Positions 14,803-29,056 of a DNA stretch of 64,000 nt are shown in pieces. A model generated the notes under the pieces. It did no database searches. It was not told the origin of the DNA and worked only from the letters and a program-made list of their open reading frames with translations. Source of the stretch: Eledone cirrhosa (lineage: Eukaryota); assembly GCA_964016885.1 (NCBI GenBank), contig OZ024750.1, positions 24,614,001-24,678,000 on the forward strand, given 5' to 3'. The first letter of the stretch is position 1; each line of letters starts with the position of its first letter. A program made the position numbers and the translations under genes.

Positions 14803-14852
14803 TATATATATTTCAAGGGCGACCAAGGCAAATTATGGTGCGCTTTCATCAG
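14803..14852 (-). ncRNA. Minimal type I hammerhead ribozyme in Penelope-like remnant (14755-14968)
   Basis: uauuuuau-CUGAUGA-aagcgcacca...uggucgcccuu-GAAA-UAUAUA-UA-auaaaaua. Same family as 62890-63720. Confidence 0.75.
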
Positions 14853-14965
14853 ATAAAATACAGATTTGTTTTATAAATAAATATTGACATACCCGGAAAA
14901 AAGACAACCTTAACGGTTGGAGCTTCCTGGATCTTGTTGAATCCCAACAAATTAAATATAACCCC

Positions 14966-15018
<53 letters not shown>

Positions 15019-15075
15019 GAAAGTTATAGAAAACATTGTAGCAAAAAGCCAACAGTATATATATATATATATATA

Positions 15076-15635
15076 TCATCATCATCATCATTCGTCGACT
15101 ACTGTCGAGATGATGGATCTCACTCTCATGCCCCAGAATTCCCTGTCCCCCATCGCTGCCCCCAGGTCCTGTCTACTGATTCCCGTATCCCTAGAGATAA
15201 CGTCAGGGAATGACAGCTTCCTACTCCTAGTCAGGCTGGAGTCAGGGTTCCAGAGCAAGAGAGCGGATATGATTTCATTGCTGGCACGGTGACAGTGGCC
15301 AGCAAATTGAGCTCTCCGGGATTTTAGAAGGGCAGAGGCTCGAGGGAGTTTGCCATAGATTTTAGACAAGGTGGGATGTCGTTTCCAGGATAGGTTTTGC
15401 ACTCTCATTAAGAGGCGGGTATATGTGCCATCCAATCTCCTCTCAAGTTGTGATGTTAGTGTCCGAGTTCCGGATCCATAAAGTAATATGGGCTTAATGG
15501 TTGCTTAGAATATTTCCAGTTTTAGCTTGTTGGTAAATTGAGATGTCCATATGGCGTGCATGTCATTGCACGCTGACCATGCCATACCCTTCCTGGTTAG
15601 AAAAACCTTTTTTGGAGGAGGAGATATATGAGCTT
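15076..15635 (-). mobile_element. 5'-truncated RTE-clade LINE
   Basis: PILLYGSGTRTL (cf. LLYGSETW), RAQFAGHCHR, LLLWNP, MGDREFW. The stop codon runs directly into a (TGA)n tail. Confidence 0.85.
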
Positions 15636-15646
15636 TTTTTGGAGGA

Positions 15647-15704
<58 letters not shown>

Positions 15705-15796
15705 CAAGTAAGTTTGCTTTGAAACAGCGAGCGAAGTTTGAAATTTAGTAGAAGTAGAAGCTTTCACCGTATTTTGGACTAAAGAACTTTTAGACT

Positions 15797-15893
15797 AATA
15801 ATTGTTTCTACTTTTGGCACAAGGCTAGCAATTACCCAGTACATTACTGGTACTTTATTTTATCGACCCCGTAAGGATGAAAGGCAAAGTTAA
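15797..15893 (-). mobile_element. SINE family A, 5'-truncated
   Basis: Core plus 3' end only. Confidence 0.75.
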
Positions 15894-15960
15894 CTAGACT
15901 AATAATGGGGTGCAAAACCCCCTAAAAATGTAAAAGGATGAGTATTGACGTATATGTATG

Positions 15961-16024
<64 letters not shown>

Positions 16025-16662
16025 CATATATAAATATAAATTCAGCGAGAATCGCATTTCGGCGGGCAGAAAAAGCGAAACGTAACGCAAATTCCGAGTC
16101 ATGCTGGCAAGCGCTCCATCGGCTAAAAAGACCAGAGCAATAAACATAGGTTATAAAGGCCATACAAATTGAGAAGGCGGTCAAGAAGCCATAAACCACC
16201 TAAACCAAAAAACAAGTCAAGCTAAACAGGTCAGACAAAATAAATGACATATTCATATATATATATATATAAACGTGCAAGTATATTACATTAATTGTTT
16301 GTGGTTGACATTACTATTATATTTATTTTACTGTTGACTATTTAGACAATAGATATTCCTGTAGTTCTTTACTCCTAATCAATGCGCCATTAATGGAAAA
16401 TAAATTATCAAATTCCTCGTTGCTACAAAACGCAAGCCGATACGTGTCTGGTAAATAGATCTTGCAACATTCTTCAACTATTTTAATGTAGATCTATTTC
16501 TATCGGTAGAAATTGTTTGCAATGTACATATGAGTCAAGGCTAATAAACCGATCGATTGAATCGGTGGGAAGCACATTACGTCCTAAACATCTTTTATGT
16601 TGGTGTTGCTGAAGTGTTGGGCCGCAGTATATATGCATGAGGTATCTTATTTCGTTATATAA

Positions 16663-16963
16663 CACTGGTCAACACACTTTTTGCTGACTTAGGTTTTGTT
16701 TTTAGCTAATTTTGAGGTGCTGATTTCAAATATGGCATCCATTTTTCCTAACACATTAGGTTTTCGTGTTTGTTTTTCGCTCAGCTATGCCATAAACATA
16801 GAAAACACGGATATTTTGTATACCCTCCTTGTTGGCCAAGTGAAAACGTGACGTGATATAAAAAAAAGTATTGCCCTTTTTAAACCCAGCGGCCCTAAAT
16901 TACTCAAGAACAGGTCTCAAACTTAGGTCAGCAGAAAAAAAAGCAAAATTTTGTTGACCAGTG
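16663..16963. mobile_element. Non-autonomous TIR element with CACTG ends (Chapaev3/Transib-like)
   Basis: TIRs CACTGGTCAACA / TGTTGACCAGTG, with inner IRs TGCTGACTTAG / TTAGGTCAGCA. Flanks are TAA / AAA, a possible decayed 3-bp TSD. Confidence 0.6.
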
Positions 16964-17809
16964 AAAACTTTTGACACAATCATAAGCAAAAGTTAAGGAA
17001 TGGAAGAAAACGGAACATTTTATCTGGTTATCTGCTCAGAATTTCAATGTATTTTTCATTACTAACTATTAAATCACCAATGTCTGAAATAAATTACTTT
17101 ATAGCTAAGTGTGTGATCGCTTTCCGATTAACTGTTCTTGTACACAGCTCGTCGCCCACCCAGCTTCCACCATGTTTGAATTCAACTGGACTGTGTCATT
17201 TATATCCAAATTACTTGTTAATGAAAACTAAATTAATTAATTGAACTCTTCAGATGTTTCTGACATACCAGAGCATATATTCACATGAACAATCAAGTAA
17301 ACAACAATGTCTAATTTAGTGGTACCTGATTTGTTCGTATTTGAATTTATTAAACGGAGATAGAGCGTAATTATCATTATAGTGTACGAAATGTGATTTT
17401 TATGGTGCCAATATCAATATATGCAGCACATTTATAATGGAAGTTAAATAGTTACGCATCTTATAAAATATTCAGTTCTCAAATATACTCAGTATCACGT
17501 GATACTACAAAAGATTCAGCAACAGATAATTGAACTGCAGAAGATCATGACAGCATTTCGTTACGTTTGCTATGCTATTTCGTGACGTTTCTTACACCAT
17601 TTCGTGACGTTTGTTACACCATTTCGTGACGTTTGTTATATCAGTTCATGACGTTTGTTACAGCATTTCTTAGAATTAAACTGCCGGACCCACGAGGTAA
17701 TATATTGAGGGATGGCTATGTCTTAAATGATCTAAGATAGTTACCCATAAATAAGAAAAAGAACACACACACACACCCACACACACACGCACATGCACAC
17801 GCACATGCA

Positions 17810-17853
<44 letters not shown>

Positions 17854-17912
17854 CACACACACACACACACACACAGACACAAACACACACACACATACAC
17901 ACACACACACAT

Positions 17913-17951
<39 letters not shown>

Positions 17952-18904
17952 CACACACACACATGCACACACACACACAGACACAGACACACAGACACAG
18001 ACAAAAAAAAACACACACACACACACACACACACACATGTTTGTGCGCGCGTGTGGTTTTCAATACTTAATCTTACGGGGATTGCGTGAAAGAGAGAGAG
18101 AGAACGAGTGTGTGTATGGAGAAGACCATGAGAATGTGTGAGTGTGGAGGAGACTCTGACAGTATGTGTGTGTGTGTGAGAGAGAGAGAGAGTGTGTGTG
18201 GAGGAGATCATGAGTGTGTGTGTATGTGTGTGTGTGTGCGTAGAAGAGACTGACAGTGTGTGCGTGAGAGAGTGTGTGTGGAGGAGATCATGACAGTGGG
18301 AGTGTGCGTGTGTCAGATAGAGAGAGAGGGTGTGTGTGTGTGCGTGAAAGATACAGAGGTAGTGTGTGTGTGAGTGTGTGTGCAACAGAGAGAGAGTGTG
18401 TATGTTTGTGTGTGTGTGAGTGTGTGTGAGAGAGAGAAAGAGTGTGTGTATGTGAGAGAGAGAGTGTGTGTGTGTGTGTGAAAGATACAGAGATAGTGTG
18501 TGTGTGTGTGTGTGCGACAGAGAGAGTGTGTGCGTGTGTGAGTGTGTCTGAGAGAGAGAAAGAGTGTGCGTATGTGAGAGAGAGAGTGTGTGTGTGTGTG
18601 TGAAAGATACAGAGATAGTGTGTGTGTGTGTGTGTGCGACAGAGAGTGTGTGCGTGTGTGAGTGTGTCTGAGAGAGAGAAAGAGTGTGCGTATGTGAGAG
18701 AGAGTGTGAGTGAGAGAGAGTGTGTGTGTGTGTGTGTGTGTGAAAGATACAGAGATTGTGTGTGTGTGTGGCGGAGATCATGCCTATTGATTAGATTTTA
18801 TATTCTATTCATCCTTCCATTGACATCGAGCGTCACGCTTCATGCGTCCAGATTTTACGTTCGATGTTTGTTTTGAAGCTAACCTTTCATTTATCCTCCG
18901 ACTT

Positions 18905-19320
18905 TCTCTTCCTTTATTTTCTTTATTTCTTTCTCTCTTTCTTTCTCTTTTCCTTTATTTCCTTTATTTCTTTCTCTCTTTCTTTCTCTTTTCCTTTATT
19001 TCCTTTATTTCTTTCTCTCTTTCTTTCTCTTTTCCTTTATTTCCTTTATTTCTTTCTCTCTTTCTTTCTCTTTTCCTTTATTTCCTTTATTTCTTTCTCT
19101 CTTTCTTTCTCTTTTCCTTTATTTCCTTTATTTCTTTCTCTCTTTCATTCTCTTTTCCTTTATTTCCTTTATTTCTTTCTCTCTTTCTTTCTCTTTTCCT
19201 TTATTTCCTTTATTTCTTTCTCTCTTTCTTTCTCTTTTCCTTTATTTCCTTTATTTATTTCTCTCTTTCTTTCTCTTTTCCTTTATTTCCTTTATTTCTT
19301 TCTCTCTTTCTTTCTCTTTC
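18905..19320. repeat. Pyrimidine-rich 41-bp minisatellite (~10 copies)
   Basis: Unit TTCCTTTATTTCCTTTATTTCTTTCTCTCTTTCTTTCTCTT. Confidence 0.9.
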
Positions 19321-19403
19321 ACTTTCTTTTCTTTCTTTGTTTCTATTTTTTTTGTTTCTTGTTTTTTTTCCTCTTTCATTTCCTTTTTTTATTATCTTTG
19401 CTC

Positions 19404-19582
19404 TTGCAGCATAGAGTTACGGCCCTTGATGATCTGAGTTCAAATCCCGCCGAGGTTAACTTTGCCTTTCATCCTTACAGGGTCGATAAAATAAAGTACC
19501 AGTAATGTACTGGGGTCGATTTAATCGACTTCCCCCTCCCCCAAAATTGCTGGCCTTGTGCCTATATAAGAAACCATTATTA
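19404..19582 (+). mobile_element. SINE family A variant, 5'-truncated
   Basis: B box and core, with an extra GGGGTCGATTTAATCGACTTCCCC segment before the 3' end. Confidence 0.8.
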
Positions 19583-19685
19583 TCTTTGCTCTTGCTTCTA
19601 TTATTGTTGTTGTGCGCCCACTTTGAGAACTTCTGATTTAAGGATTTCGAGTGAATTCGGGTTTACCGAAATGCATTGAAAACTT

Positions 19686-22458
19686 GTCGGATGACTGTAT
19701 ATGGTGTACTGGAATAGATTGACACTCTGTCGAATGGACAATATATGGTGTACTGGAATAGATTGACAATCTGTCGATTGGACAATATATGGTGTATTGG
19801 AATAGATTGACAGTCTGTCGAATGGACAATATATGGTGTACTGGAATAGATTGACAGTCTGTCGAATGGACAATATATGGTGTACTGGAATAGATTGACA
19901 GTCTGTCGAATGACTGTATATGGTGTACCGGAATAGATTGACAGTCTGTCGAATGGACAATATATGGTGTACTAGAATAGATTGACAGTCTGTCGAATGG
20001 ACAATATATGGTGTACTTGAATAGATTGACAGTCTGTCGAATGACTGTATATGGTGTATTGGAATAGATTGACAGTCTGTCGAATGACTGTATATGGTGT
20101 ACCGGAATAGATTGACAGTCTGTCGAATAGACAATATATGGTGTACTGGAATAGATTGACAGTCTGTCGAATGGACAATATATGGTGTATTGGAATAGAT
20201 TGACAGTCTGTCGAATGACTGTATATGGTGTACTGGAATAGATTGACAGTGTGTCGAATGACTGTATATGGTGTACTGGAATAGATTGACAGTCTGTCGA
20301 ATGACTGTATATGTTGTACTGGAATAGATTGACAGTCTGTCGAATGGCTGTATATGGTGTACTGGAATAGATTGACAGTCTGTCGAATGACTGTATATGG
20401 TGTACTGGAATGGATTGACAGTCTGTCGATTGGACAATATATGGTGTACTGGAATAGATTGACAGTCTGTCGAATGACTGTATATGGTGTACTGGAATAG
20501 ATTTACAGTCTGTCGAATGACTGTATATGGTGTACCGGAATAGATTGACAGTCTGTCGAATGGACAATATATGGTGTACTGGAATAGATTGACAGTCTGT
20601 CGAATGGACAATATATGGTGTACTGGAATAGATTGACAGTCTGTCTAATGACTGTATATGGTGTATTGGAATAGATTGACAGTCTGTCGAATGACTGTAT
20701 ATGGTGTACTGGAATAGATTGACAGTCTGTCGAATGACTGTATATGGTGTACTGGAATAGATTGACAGTCTGTCGAATGACTGTATATGGTGTACTGGAA
20801 TAGATTGACAGTCTGTCGAATGACTGTATATGGTGTACTGGAATAGATTGACAGTCTGTCGAATGACTGTATATGGTGTACTGGAATGGATTGACAGTCT
20901 GTCGAATGGACAATATATGGTGTACTGGAATAGATTGACAGTCTGTCGAATGACTGTATATGGTGTACTGGAATAGATTGACAGTCTGTCGAATGACTGT
21001 ATATGGTGTACCGGAATAGATTGACAGTCTGTCGAATGGACAATATATGGTGTACTGGAATAGATTGACAGTCTGTCGAATGGACAATATATGGTGTACT
21101 GGAATAGATTGACAGTCTGTAGAATGACTGTATATGGTGTACTGGAATGGATTGACAGTCTGTCGAATGGACAATATATGGTGTACTGGAATAGATTGAC
21201 AGTCTGTCGAATGACTGTATATGGTGTACCGGAATAGATTGACAGTCTGTCGAATGGACAATATATGGTGTACTGGAATAGATTGACAGTCTGTCGAATG
21301 GACAATATATGGTGTACTGGAATAGATTGACAGTCTGTTGAATGACTGTATATGGTGTACCGGAATAGATTGACAGTCTGTCGAATGGACAATATATGGT
21401 GTACTGGAATAGATTGACAGTCTGTCGAATGGACAATATATGGTGTACTGGAATAGATTGACAGTCTGTCGAATGGACAATATATGGTGTACTGGAATAG
21501 ATTGACAGTCTGTCGAATGATTGTATATGGTGTATTGGAATAGATTGACAGTCTGTCGAATGACTGTATATGGTGTACTGGAATAGATTGACAGTCTGTC
21601 GAATGACTGTATATGGTGTACTAGAATAGATTGACAGTCTGTCGAATGGACTGTATATGGTGTACTGGAATAGATTGACAGTCTGTCGATTGGACAATAT
21701 ATGGTGTACTGGAATAGATTGACAATCTGTCGAATGGACAATATATGGTGTACTGGAATAGATTGACAGTCTGTCGAATGGGCAATATATGGTGTACTGG
21801 AATAGATTGACAGTCTGTCGAATGGAAAATATATGGTGTACTGGAATAGATTGACAGTCTGTCGATTGGACAATACATGGTGTACTGGAATAGATTGACA
21901 GTCTGTCGAATGGAAAATATATGGTGTACTGGAATAGATTGACAGTCTGTCGATTGGACAATATATGGTGTACTGGAATAGATTGTCAGTCTGTCGAATG
22001 ACTGTATATGGTGTACTGGAATAGATTGACAGTCTGTCGAATGGACAATACATGGTGTACTGGAATAGATTGACAGTCTGTCGATTGGACAATATATGGT
22101 GTACTGGAATAGATTGACAATCTGTCGAATGGACAATATATGGTGTACTGGAATAGATTGACAGTCTGTCGAATGGACAATATATGGTGTACTGGAATAG
22201 ATTGACAGTCTGTCGAATGGACAATATATGGTGTACTGGAATAGATTGACAGTCTGTCGAATGGACAATATATGGTGTACTGGAATGGACTGTATATGGT
22301 GTACTGGAATGGACTGTATATGGTGTACTGGAATGGACTGTATATGGTGTACTGGAATGGACTGTATATGGTGTACTGGAATGGACGGTGCACTCGAATG
22401 GACTGTATATGGTGTACTGGAATGGACGGTGCACTCGAATGGACTGTATATGGTGTAC
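19686..22458. repeat. Satellite of ~60 x 43/44-bp units, decaying to 24-bp subunits at the right end
   Basis: Units GTCGAATGACTGTATATGGTGTACTGGAATAGATTGACAGTCT (43 bp) and GTCGAATGGACAATATATGG... (44 bp). The 24-mer GGAATGGACTGTATATGGTGTACT appears from ~22282. Confidence 0.95.
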
Positions 22459-23049
22459 GAGAGTGGATTGATAGCGTGTCGGACGAACTGTCCCTGTGAT
22501 CGGGTGTTGTGAGACACTGAAACACACTGAAAATCCTTGACAGTCGATGTGCCAGAAATACTCAGCCACATATACATTAATTTAACGTTAGCTCATATCC
22601 GTTAACTAAACAACTAAAACACTTATCGTCGAAACCGACAAAGGACAATTAGCTGTTGTTGTTGTCGTCTTTGTTGCTGTTGTTGTTGTCGTCGTCGTCG
22701 TTGTTGTTGTTGTTGTTGTTGTTATTGTCGTCGTCGTCGTCGTCGTCGTTGTTGTTGTTGTTGTTGCTGTTGCTGCCAGGACAGCAATCTCTATCTGAAT
22801 AATGACAAATGTTATCTATATTGTCATTTGAATGAATGCGGGGGTCGATTATCTCCCCTGCTGATTTAAATTGGATCATCTTAGTATGTTTACTCGCTGA
22901 AGCTTATCGATCTCTGATTGGGCGATGAGGCTCATCTATCATCGATTATGTGATAAGGCTAATCGGCCACTGATTAGTTTCAACGTGTCAACTTACATTT
23001 CTGCTTTACATTGATTATTTCAAGTAACAATCGAAGTACATTTATCAAA

Positions 23050-23340
23050 TCATACAATTATCAATTATCATTTATACAATTATCATTTATACAATTATCA
23101 ATTATCATTTATACAATTATCAATTATCATTTATACAATTATCATTTATACAATTATCAATTATCATTTATACAATTATCAATTATCATTTATATAATTA
23201 TCATTTATACAATTATCAATTATCATTTATACAATTATCAATTATCATTTATATAATTATCATTTATACAATTATCAATTATCATTTATATAATTATCAT
23301 TTATATAATTATCATTTATATAATTTTCAATTATTTATAT
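23050..23340. repeat. AT-rich 15/22-bp minisatellite
   Basis: AATTATCATTTATAC and AATTATC units. Confidence 0.85.
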
Positions 23341-23562
23341 ACTCCAAAACCATAGGAGGAGTTCGTGAACAAACAAAAAAACAAACAAACAGACAGGAAC
23401 TACAACTTTATATATATAGATATATATACATATACATATATATATATAACAAAGAGGGTGTGGTAAGATACCAGGTGGACCAACGCACCAGAGTACTCGA
23501 TACTTGGGGTAGTGGAGTGGGTAATAGGAAAAGATTCAGGATCCCGGGAACTGAATCTTTTC

Positions 23563-23608
<46 letters not shown>

Positions 23609-23624
23609 CCACCGGAATTAAGTG

Positions 23625-23675
<51 letters not shown>

Positions 23676-23678
<3 letters not shown>

Positions 23679-23782
23679 CGAAGGAAGTGTGGTAAGGAAC
23701 TAGGTGGACTATAACGCACCATAACGTTCAGAACTAGCTGTCGAAACGGCTGGAGCTCAGCCGTCGGGGTCCTGACTCTTTT

Positions 23783-23785
<3 letters not shown>
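23676..23785 (+). mobile_element. Short TA-embedded element with partial hammerhead (also 23447-23563, 38558-38724, 38835-38968, 46722-46819)
   Basis: Shared ATAACGAAGGAAGTGTGGTAAGGAAC.AG.TGGAC.ATAACGCACC head, and GAAA-CGGCT-GGAGCTC-AGCCG-TC-GGGGTC. Confidence 0.7.
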
Positions 23786-23811
<26 letters not shown>

Positions 23812-23817
<6 letters not shown>

Positions 23818-24185
23818 CAAAATATTAACAAATGAAAGATATTCACATAATCAAAATATATGCTTTATTATATATATTTCAAAGGTACTGTGTTGTTTTT
23901 TTTTTCAGTACGTCTTCACTGGAATTGTATAATCAAGACCGTAGCGGTATGTCATATATCAAATCATATATTTTATCTGATGAAGACGTACTGAAAAAAA
24001 AAAAAAACACAGTACCTTTAAAATATATATAATAAAGCCTATATTTTGATTATGTGAATATCTTTCATTTGTTAATATTTTGAATAATATTAAAAACTCC
24101 AGGAAAACTTTTACTGTTGAGTGCTTTTAATCTATTGTAAAATTGTATTCATTGAGTAATCAACGAACCATATTAATCTTTGGTT
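23812..24185 (+). mobile_element. Penelope-like fold-back (arms ~105 bp, loop ~60 bp) with hammerhead at 23977-24031
   Basis: IR 23812-23917 / 23980-24089. The right arm reads CUGAUGA-agacguacug...caguaccuuu-AAAA-UAUAUA-UA-auaaa, while the left arm retains GAAA. The tail has ACTGTTGAGTGC. A related fragment lies at 61065-61145. Confidence 0.7.
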
Positions 24186-24530
24186 ATATATATATATGTT
24201 TGTGTGTGTGCGTATCCATGTGTGGGATATATATATATATAATATATATTTATTCAGGTTTGAGGTTCACCACTGGATAGAGCTGGTCAATTCCGTATGG
24301 TCAATCGCAATGTAATAATATAGAGGCAAAGGTAGAAGATGCTGGATGGCGGTCGCCCTCGGGTCTTTGATTTTCAGCCCCATGGATTTTATCTATTACA
24401 TTCACGTATTATATTTCGAATACCTGATGATATCACCGGATTCATACGGAACCCGGTCATTGAAATGATCAAGGATTTACACAAATCCAGCCTCCTGTCA
24501 TTTCATTATATTATATAATATATTATAGAT

Positions 24531-24720
24531 AGGCGGTGGATTGGCAGTATCGGTGGAGGGTCGGACGCCATGCTTTCCAGCATAGTTACGTCCCTTTACG
24601 ATCTGAGTTCAAATCCCGCCGAGGTTGACTTTGCCTTTCATCCTTACGGGGTCGATAAAATAAAGTACCAGTAATGCACTGGGTAATTGCTGGCCTTGTG
24701 CCTAAAGTAGAAACAATTAT
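24531..24720 (+). mobile_element. SINE family A, full length, young
   Basis: Complete A/B boxes, core and tail. The flanking direct repeat ATTATATTATATAATATATT is TSD-like. Confidence 0.9.
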
Positions 24721-24923
24721 ATTATATAATATATTTATAAAATAACAGATTAAAGTTTAAGCAAAGAATCGCTGCTTTCACCCTTAACGGGATCTTCTGA
24801 AACTCTTATTCTGTTATTTTATAAATATTTGCTCTACGGTTCTTATATATTTGATATATATTTATCCTTATCGAGCCCTCTTTGGATTTTAGTCTTGAAA
24901 TTTATTATTATTAATATTATATA

Positions 24924-24963
<40 letters not shown>

Positions 24964-25181
24964 CAGCATAGACAGCTGGAGAGCACGGAAAGATAGATTG
25001 AATGAAACTATCGGAAGAATTCCGTGACAGTAAAGTATACCATGGACTATTGCTATTGAAAGTTACTACTGCTACTATTCCTGTTATTGCTAGAACTACA
25101 ATTATTGGTGATACTACCTCCGATGCAGTTAAACGTTACAGATTCTATCTCTGACGATTGTGTGAAGAAGAAAATAATAAA

Positions 25182-25617
<436 letters not shown>

Positions 25618-26109
25618 ATGTTGTTACTCCGGCTTCGAATAATGATTTCTAGCTTAGATACAAGGTTGCAATTATGAGAGAAAGGAAAAATGGATTATAT
25701 TGAGCCTCGTTATTCCATTGGTACTTTATTATATCGACCTTGAAAGGAGGGAGTCAACTTAGGAGACTTGATGTGTTCACTCCTCGTAGTAGAAATAGCA
25801 GCCATGTCACAATCTAATTATGATCTCTGGTCTTAAGAAAAAAAAGGTCAAGTCGGAATATGTTGAGCCTCGTTATTCCATTGGTACTTTATTATATCGA
25901 CCCTGAAAGGAGGGAGTCAACTTTGGTGATTTGATATGTTCACTCCTTGTAGTAGAAATAGCAGCCATGTCACAATTAAATTATGATCTCTGGTCTTAAG
26001 AAAATAAAGGTCACATCGGATTATGTGGTTCTCCATACCTCTAAAAAGATGTTTTGATGATGGTTGGAATGCTTTTGGTCATAGGTGTTTTTGAATCAGG
26101 ACTCAACAA

Positions 26110-27457
26110 CAACAACCGTGGAATGGTGAAAGATAAAATCAAGATTTGAGCTGAGATATGTAAAAATACGTAACTGTGACTGTGATGAGAAGAGGAAAGT
26201 TTGTCTGAACAGAAGGTACCAGTATGCCATGTGGTGAAATGATGAATGCAATTGAACCTGGATTCATATATAAATACTTGAGAATACTTGAGGCAGATGG
26301 AATTAAGCCTAATGATATTTAAAAAAAGACAAAGAAAGAGAATATGTGGCGGTTGAGAAAGACGTTGGATTCAAAGTTGAATGCCGGAAACATAATCTCG
26401 ACAATAAACTCTCACACAGTTTGGTTATGGAGCTGGAATTCTGAAGTGGGCATAGGATGAAATAAAGGAGTTGGACAGGAAGACAAGAAATCTTCTAACC
26501 ATACATGGAACCTATCATTCATATGCAGGGAGTGATAAGTGTGAAAGACAGCGTACATATTGAACATGGGAGCTTGCTGAGATATTTAACCCAAAGTAAG
26601 GAAACCTTCCTCGTATTAGTAAGAGAAGAGATCATACTGAACACAGGAACTTACTGAGATATTTAACCCAAAGTAAGGAAACCTTCCTCGTATTAGTAAG
26701 AGAAGAGGGCATACTGAAAACAGGGAAGAAAGAAAACAAAAAGTACAAACAGGGAGTTACATAAACAATTTCACATGGCTACAACTGAAGTTGCTGGAGA
26801 ACATACGTGGGATTGGTTGAAGTAAAGAGCACTTAAAAAGAAGACTTGCAGCGTAAGACCAAGCTTTAGCCACAAAGTAGAGGACCAGTCTTAGAAATAA
26901 GCAAGTGTCTCCGTTATGCTGAGTGTGTAATGGATTTAACGAAAATATTGCCTATATTGTGATAGAATGTCCTAGACTTGCCCAAAACCAATATAAGTAG
27001 TGGAAACATGATGAGGTAGTAAAAGTTGTGCATTGGAAATAGTGTGAAAATGGGGACTAGAGAGAGGTAAGGAAGCCATTGAACAACCACAAAAATCAGA
27101 GACTCAGAGACGTGAAAAATCCTTTAGGAGTTCACAATTCAAACAGACCAGGTTCTTGAACACAATAGACCATACTTAGTAATAGTGAACAAAGTAATTC
27201 ATGTATGTGTTGTAATCAACATTGCATACCCATTTGATTCACGGATAGTTAAGAAGGAAGGTGAGAAAGTAGACGTCTAGACTCTTCTTAAATACGAGAT
27301 ATCCTGACAGTGGAATATGGAAAAGGTGAAGATAGTGTTGATTGTTGTTGGGGTCTTGGGAGCAGTATCAAAGGATATTGAGAGGAACATAAAGGAAATG
27401 AGAAGGGAGTTTTCAGAATTATGAGAAAAGTTAGTTTCAGAGAACAAATAGCATGGG
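26110..27457 (+). pseudogene. Degraded R4/Dong-clade LINE (RT C-terminus, zinc knuckle, REL)
   Basis: Motifs in order, with stops and frameshifts: YKYLRILEADGIK, LRKTLDSKLNAGNIISTINS, ELDRKTRNLLTIHG, C*VC...IVIEC, KHDEV, HNRPYLVIV, INIAYPFD, IVVGVLGAVSK. Confidence 0.85.
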
Positions 27458-27970
27458 ACCACCACCACCACCACCACTACGACTACCACTACCACTACCA
27501 CTACCACCTCCACCAACACCACCACCACCACTACCACTACCACTACCACCTCCACCAACACCACCACCACCACTACCACCACCACCACCACCACTTCCAC
27601 TACCACCTCCACCAACACCACCACTACCACTACCACTACCACTACCACCTGCACCAACACCACCACCACCACCACCACCACTACTACCACTACCACCACC
27701 ACTTCCACTACCACCACCACCACTACCACTACCACCACCACCACCACCACCACCACCACCACTACCACCACCACCACCACCACCACCACCACCACTACCA
27801 CTACCACCTCCACCAACACCACCACCACCAACACGACCAACACCACCACCACTACCACTACCACCAACACCACCACCAACACCACCACCACCATTACCGC
27901 CAAAACGGTCCCCACCACCGCGACTAACACCACAACTTCCACTACTACCACCACCACCACCACCGTCACC

Positions 27971-28004
<34 letters not shown>

Positions 28005-29056
28005 TTGTCACCATCATCAACACCACTGCCGCCATCGCCACCACCACCACCACCACCATCATCATCATCGTCGTAACCATCACAATCATCATCATCATCA
28101 TCGTCATAATCATCGTCATCATCATCATCATCATCGTCATAATCATCGTCATCATCATCATCATCACCATTATCATTATCACCATCATCAAGACCACTGC
28201 CATCACTACCACCACCACTACCATCATCATCACCATCACCATCATTACCACCACCACCATCATCATCACCATCACCACCACCACCACTACCATCACCACC
28301 ACCACCATCACCATCACCATCATTACCATCACCACCACCACCACTACCATCACCATCACCATCATCACCATCACCATCACCACCACCATCACCATCATCA
28401 TCGTCATAATCACCACTGTTTACTACCCACGCTATTGTCGTCATTTCATGGACATCGCCCTCAACGGAAGCAACAGCAGCGGCAGTAACAGCAGCGCCAA
28501 CAGCAACAACAGCAGCAACTGCAGCAATAAAAATAGCAACAGCCGCAATGACAATAGCAACAATAACAACAACAGCAACAGCAGCAACAACAGCAACAGC
28601 GCAGCAACAAGAGTAACAAAAACAACAGCAGCAGCAACGGCAGCAGCAAGAATAGCATCAGCAATAACAACAGCAGCAACGGCAGCAGCAAGAATAGCAT
28701 CAGCAACAACAACAGCAGCAGCAACAAAAGTACAACAGCAACAGTAACAGCAGCGGCAACAACAGCAACAGTAACAGCAGCGGCAACAACAGCAACAACA
28801 ACAGCAGCAGCAACAAAAGTACAACAGCAACAGTAACAGCAGCGGCAACAACAGCAACAACAGCAGCGGCAACAGCAGCAACAACAACAGCAGCGGCAAC
28901 AACAGCAACAACAACAGCAACAAGAGTAACAACAGCAACAACAGCAACAAGAGTAACAACAGCAATAGTAGCAGCAACAAGAGTAACAATAACAACAACA
29001 GCAGCAACGACAGCAGCAACAATAACAGCAGCAGCAGCTACAGCAGCAATAACAAC
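27458..29056. repeat. Compound (CAC)/(CAT)/(CAA/CAG) trinucleotide repeat block
   Basis: Directly visible. It is the source of the poly-Pro/His/Gly/Val ORFs. Confidence 0.95.

Noticed and set aside
19601-22577. 336-688-aa ORFs
   Set aside because: They are translations of a 43/44-bp satellite that cycle through all frames, with no domain or splice evidence.
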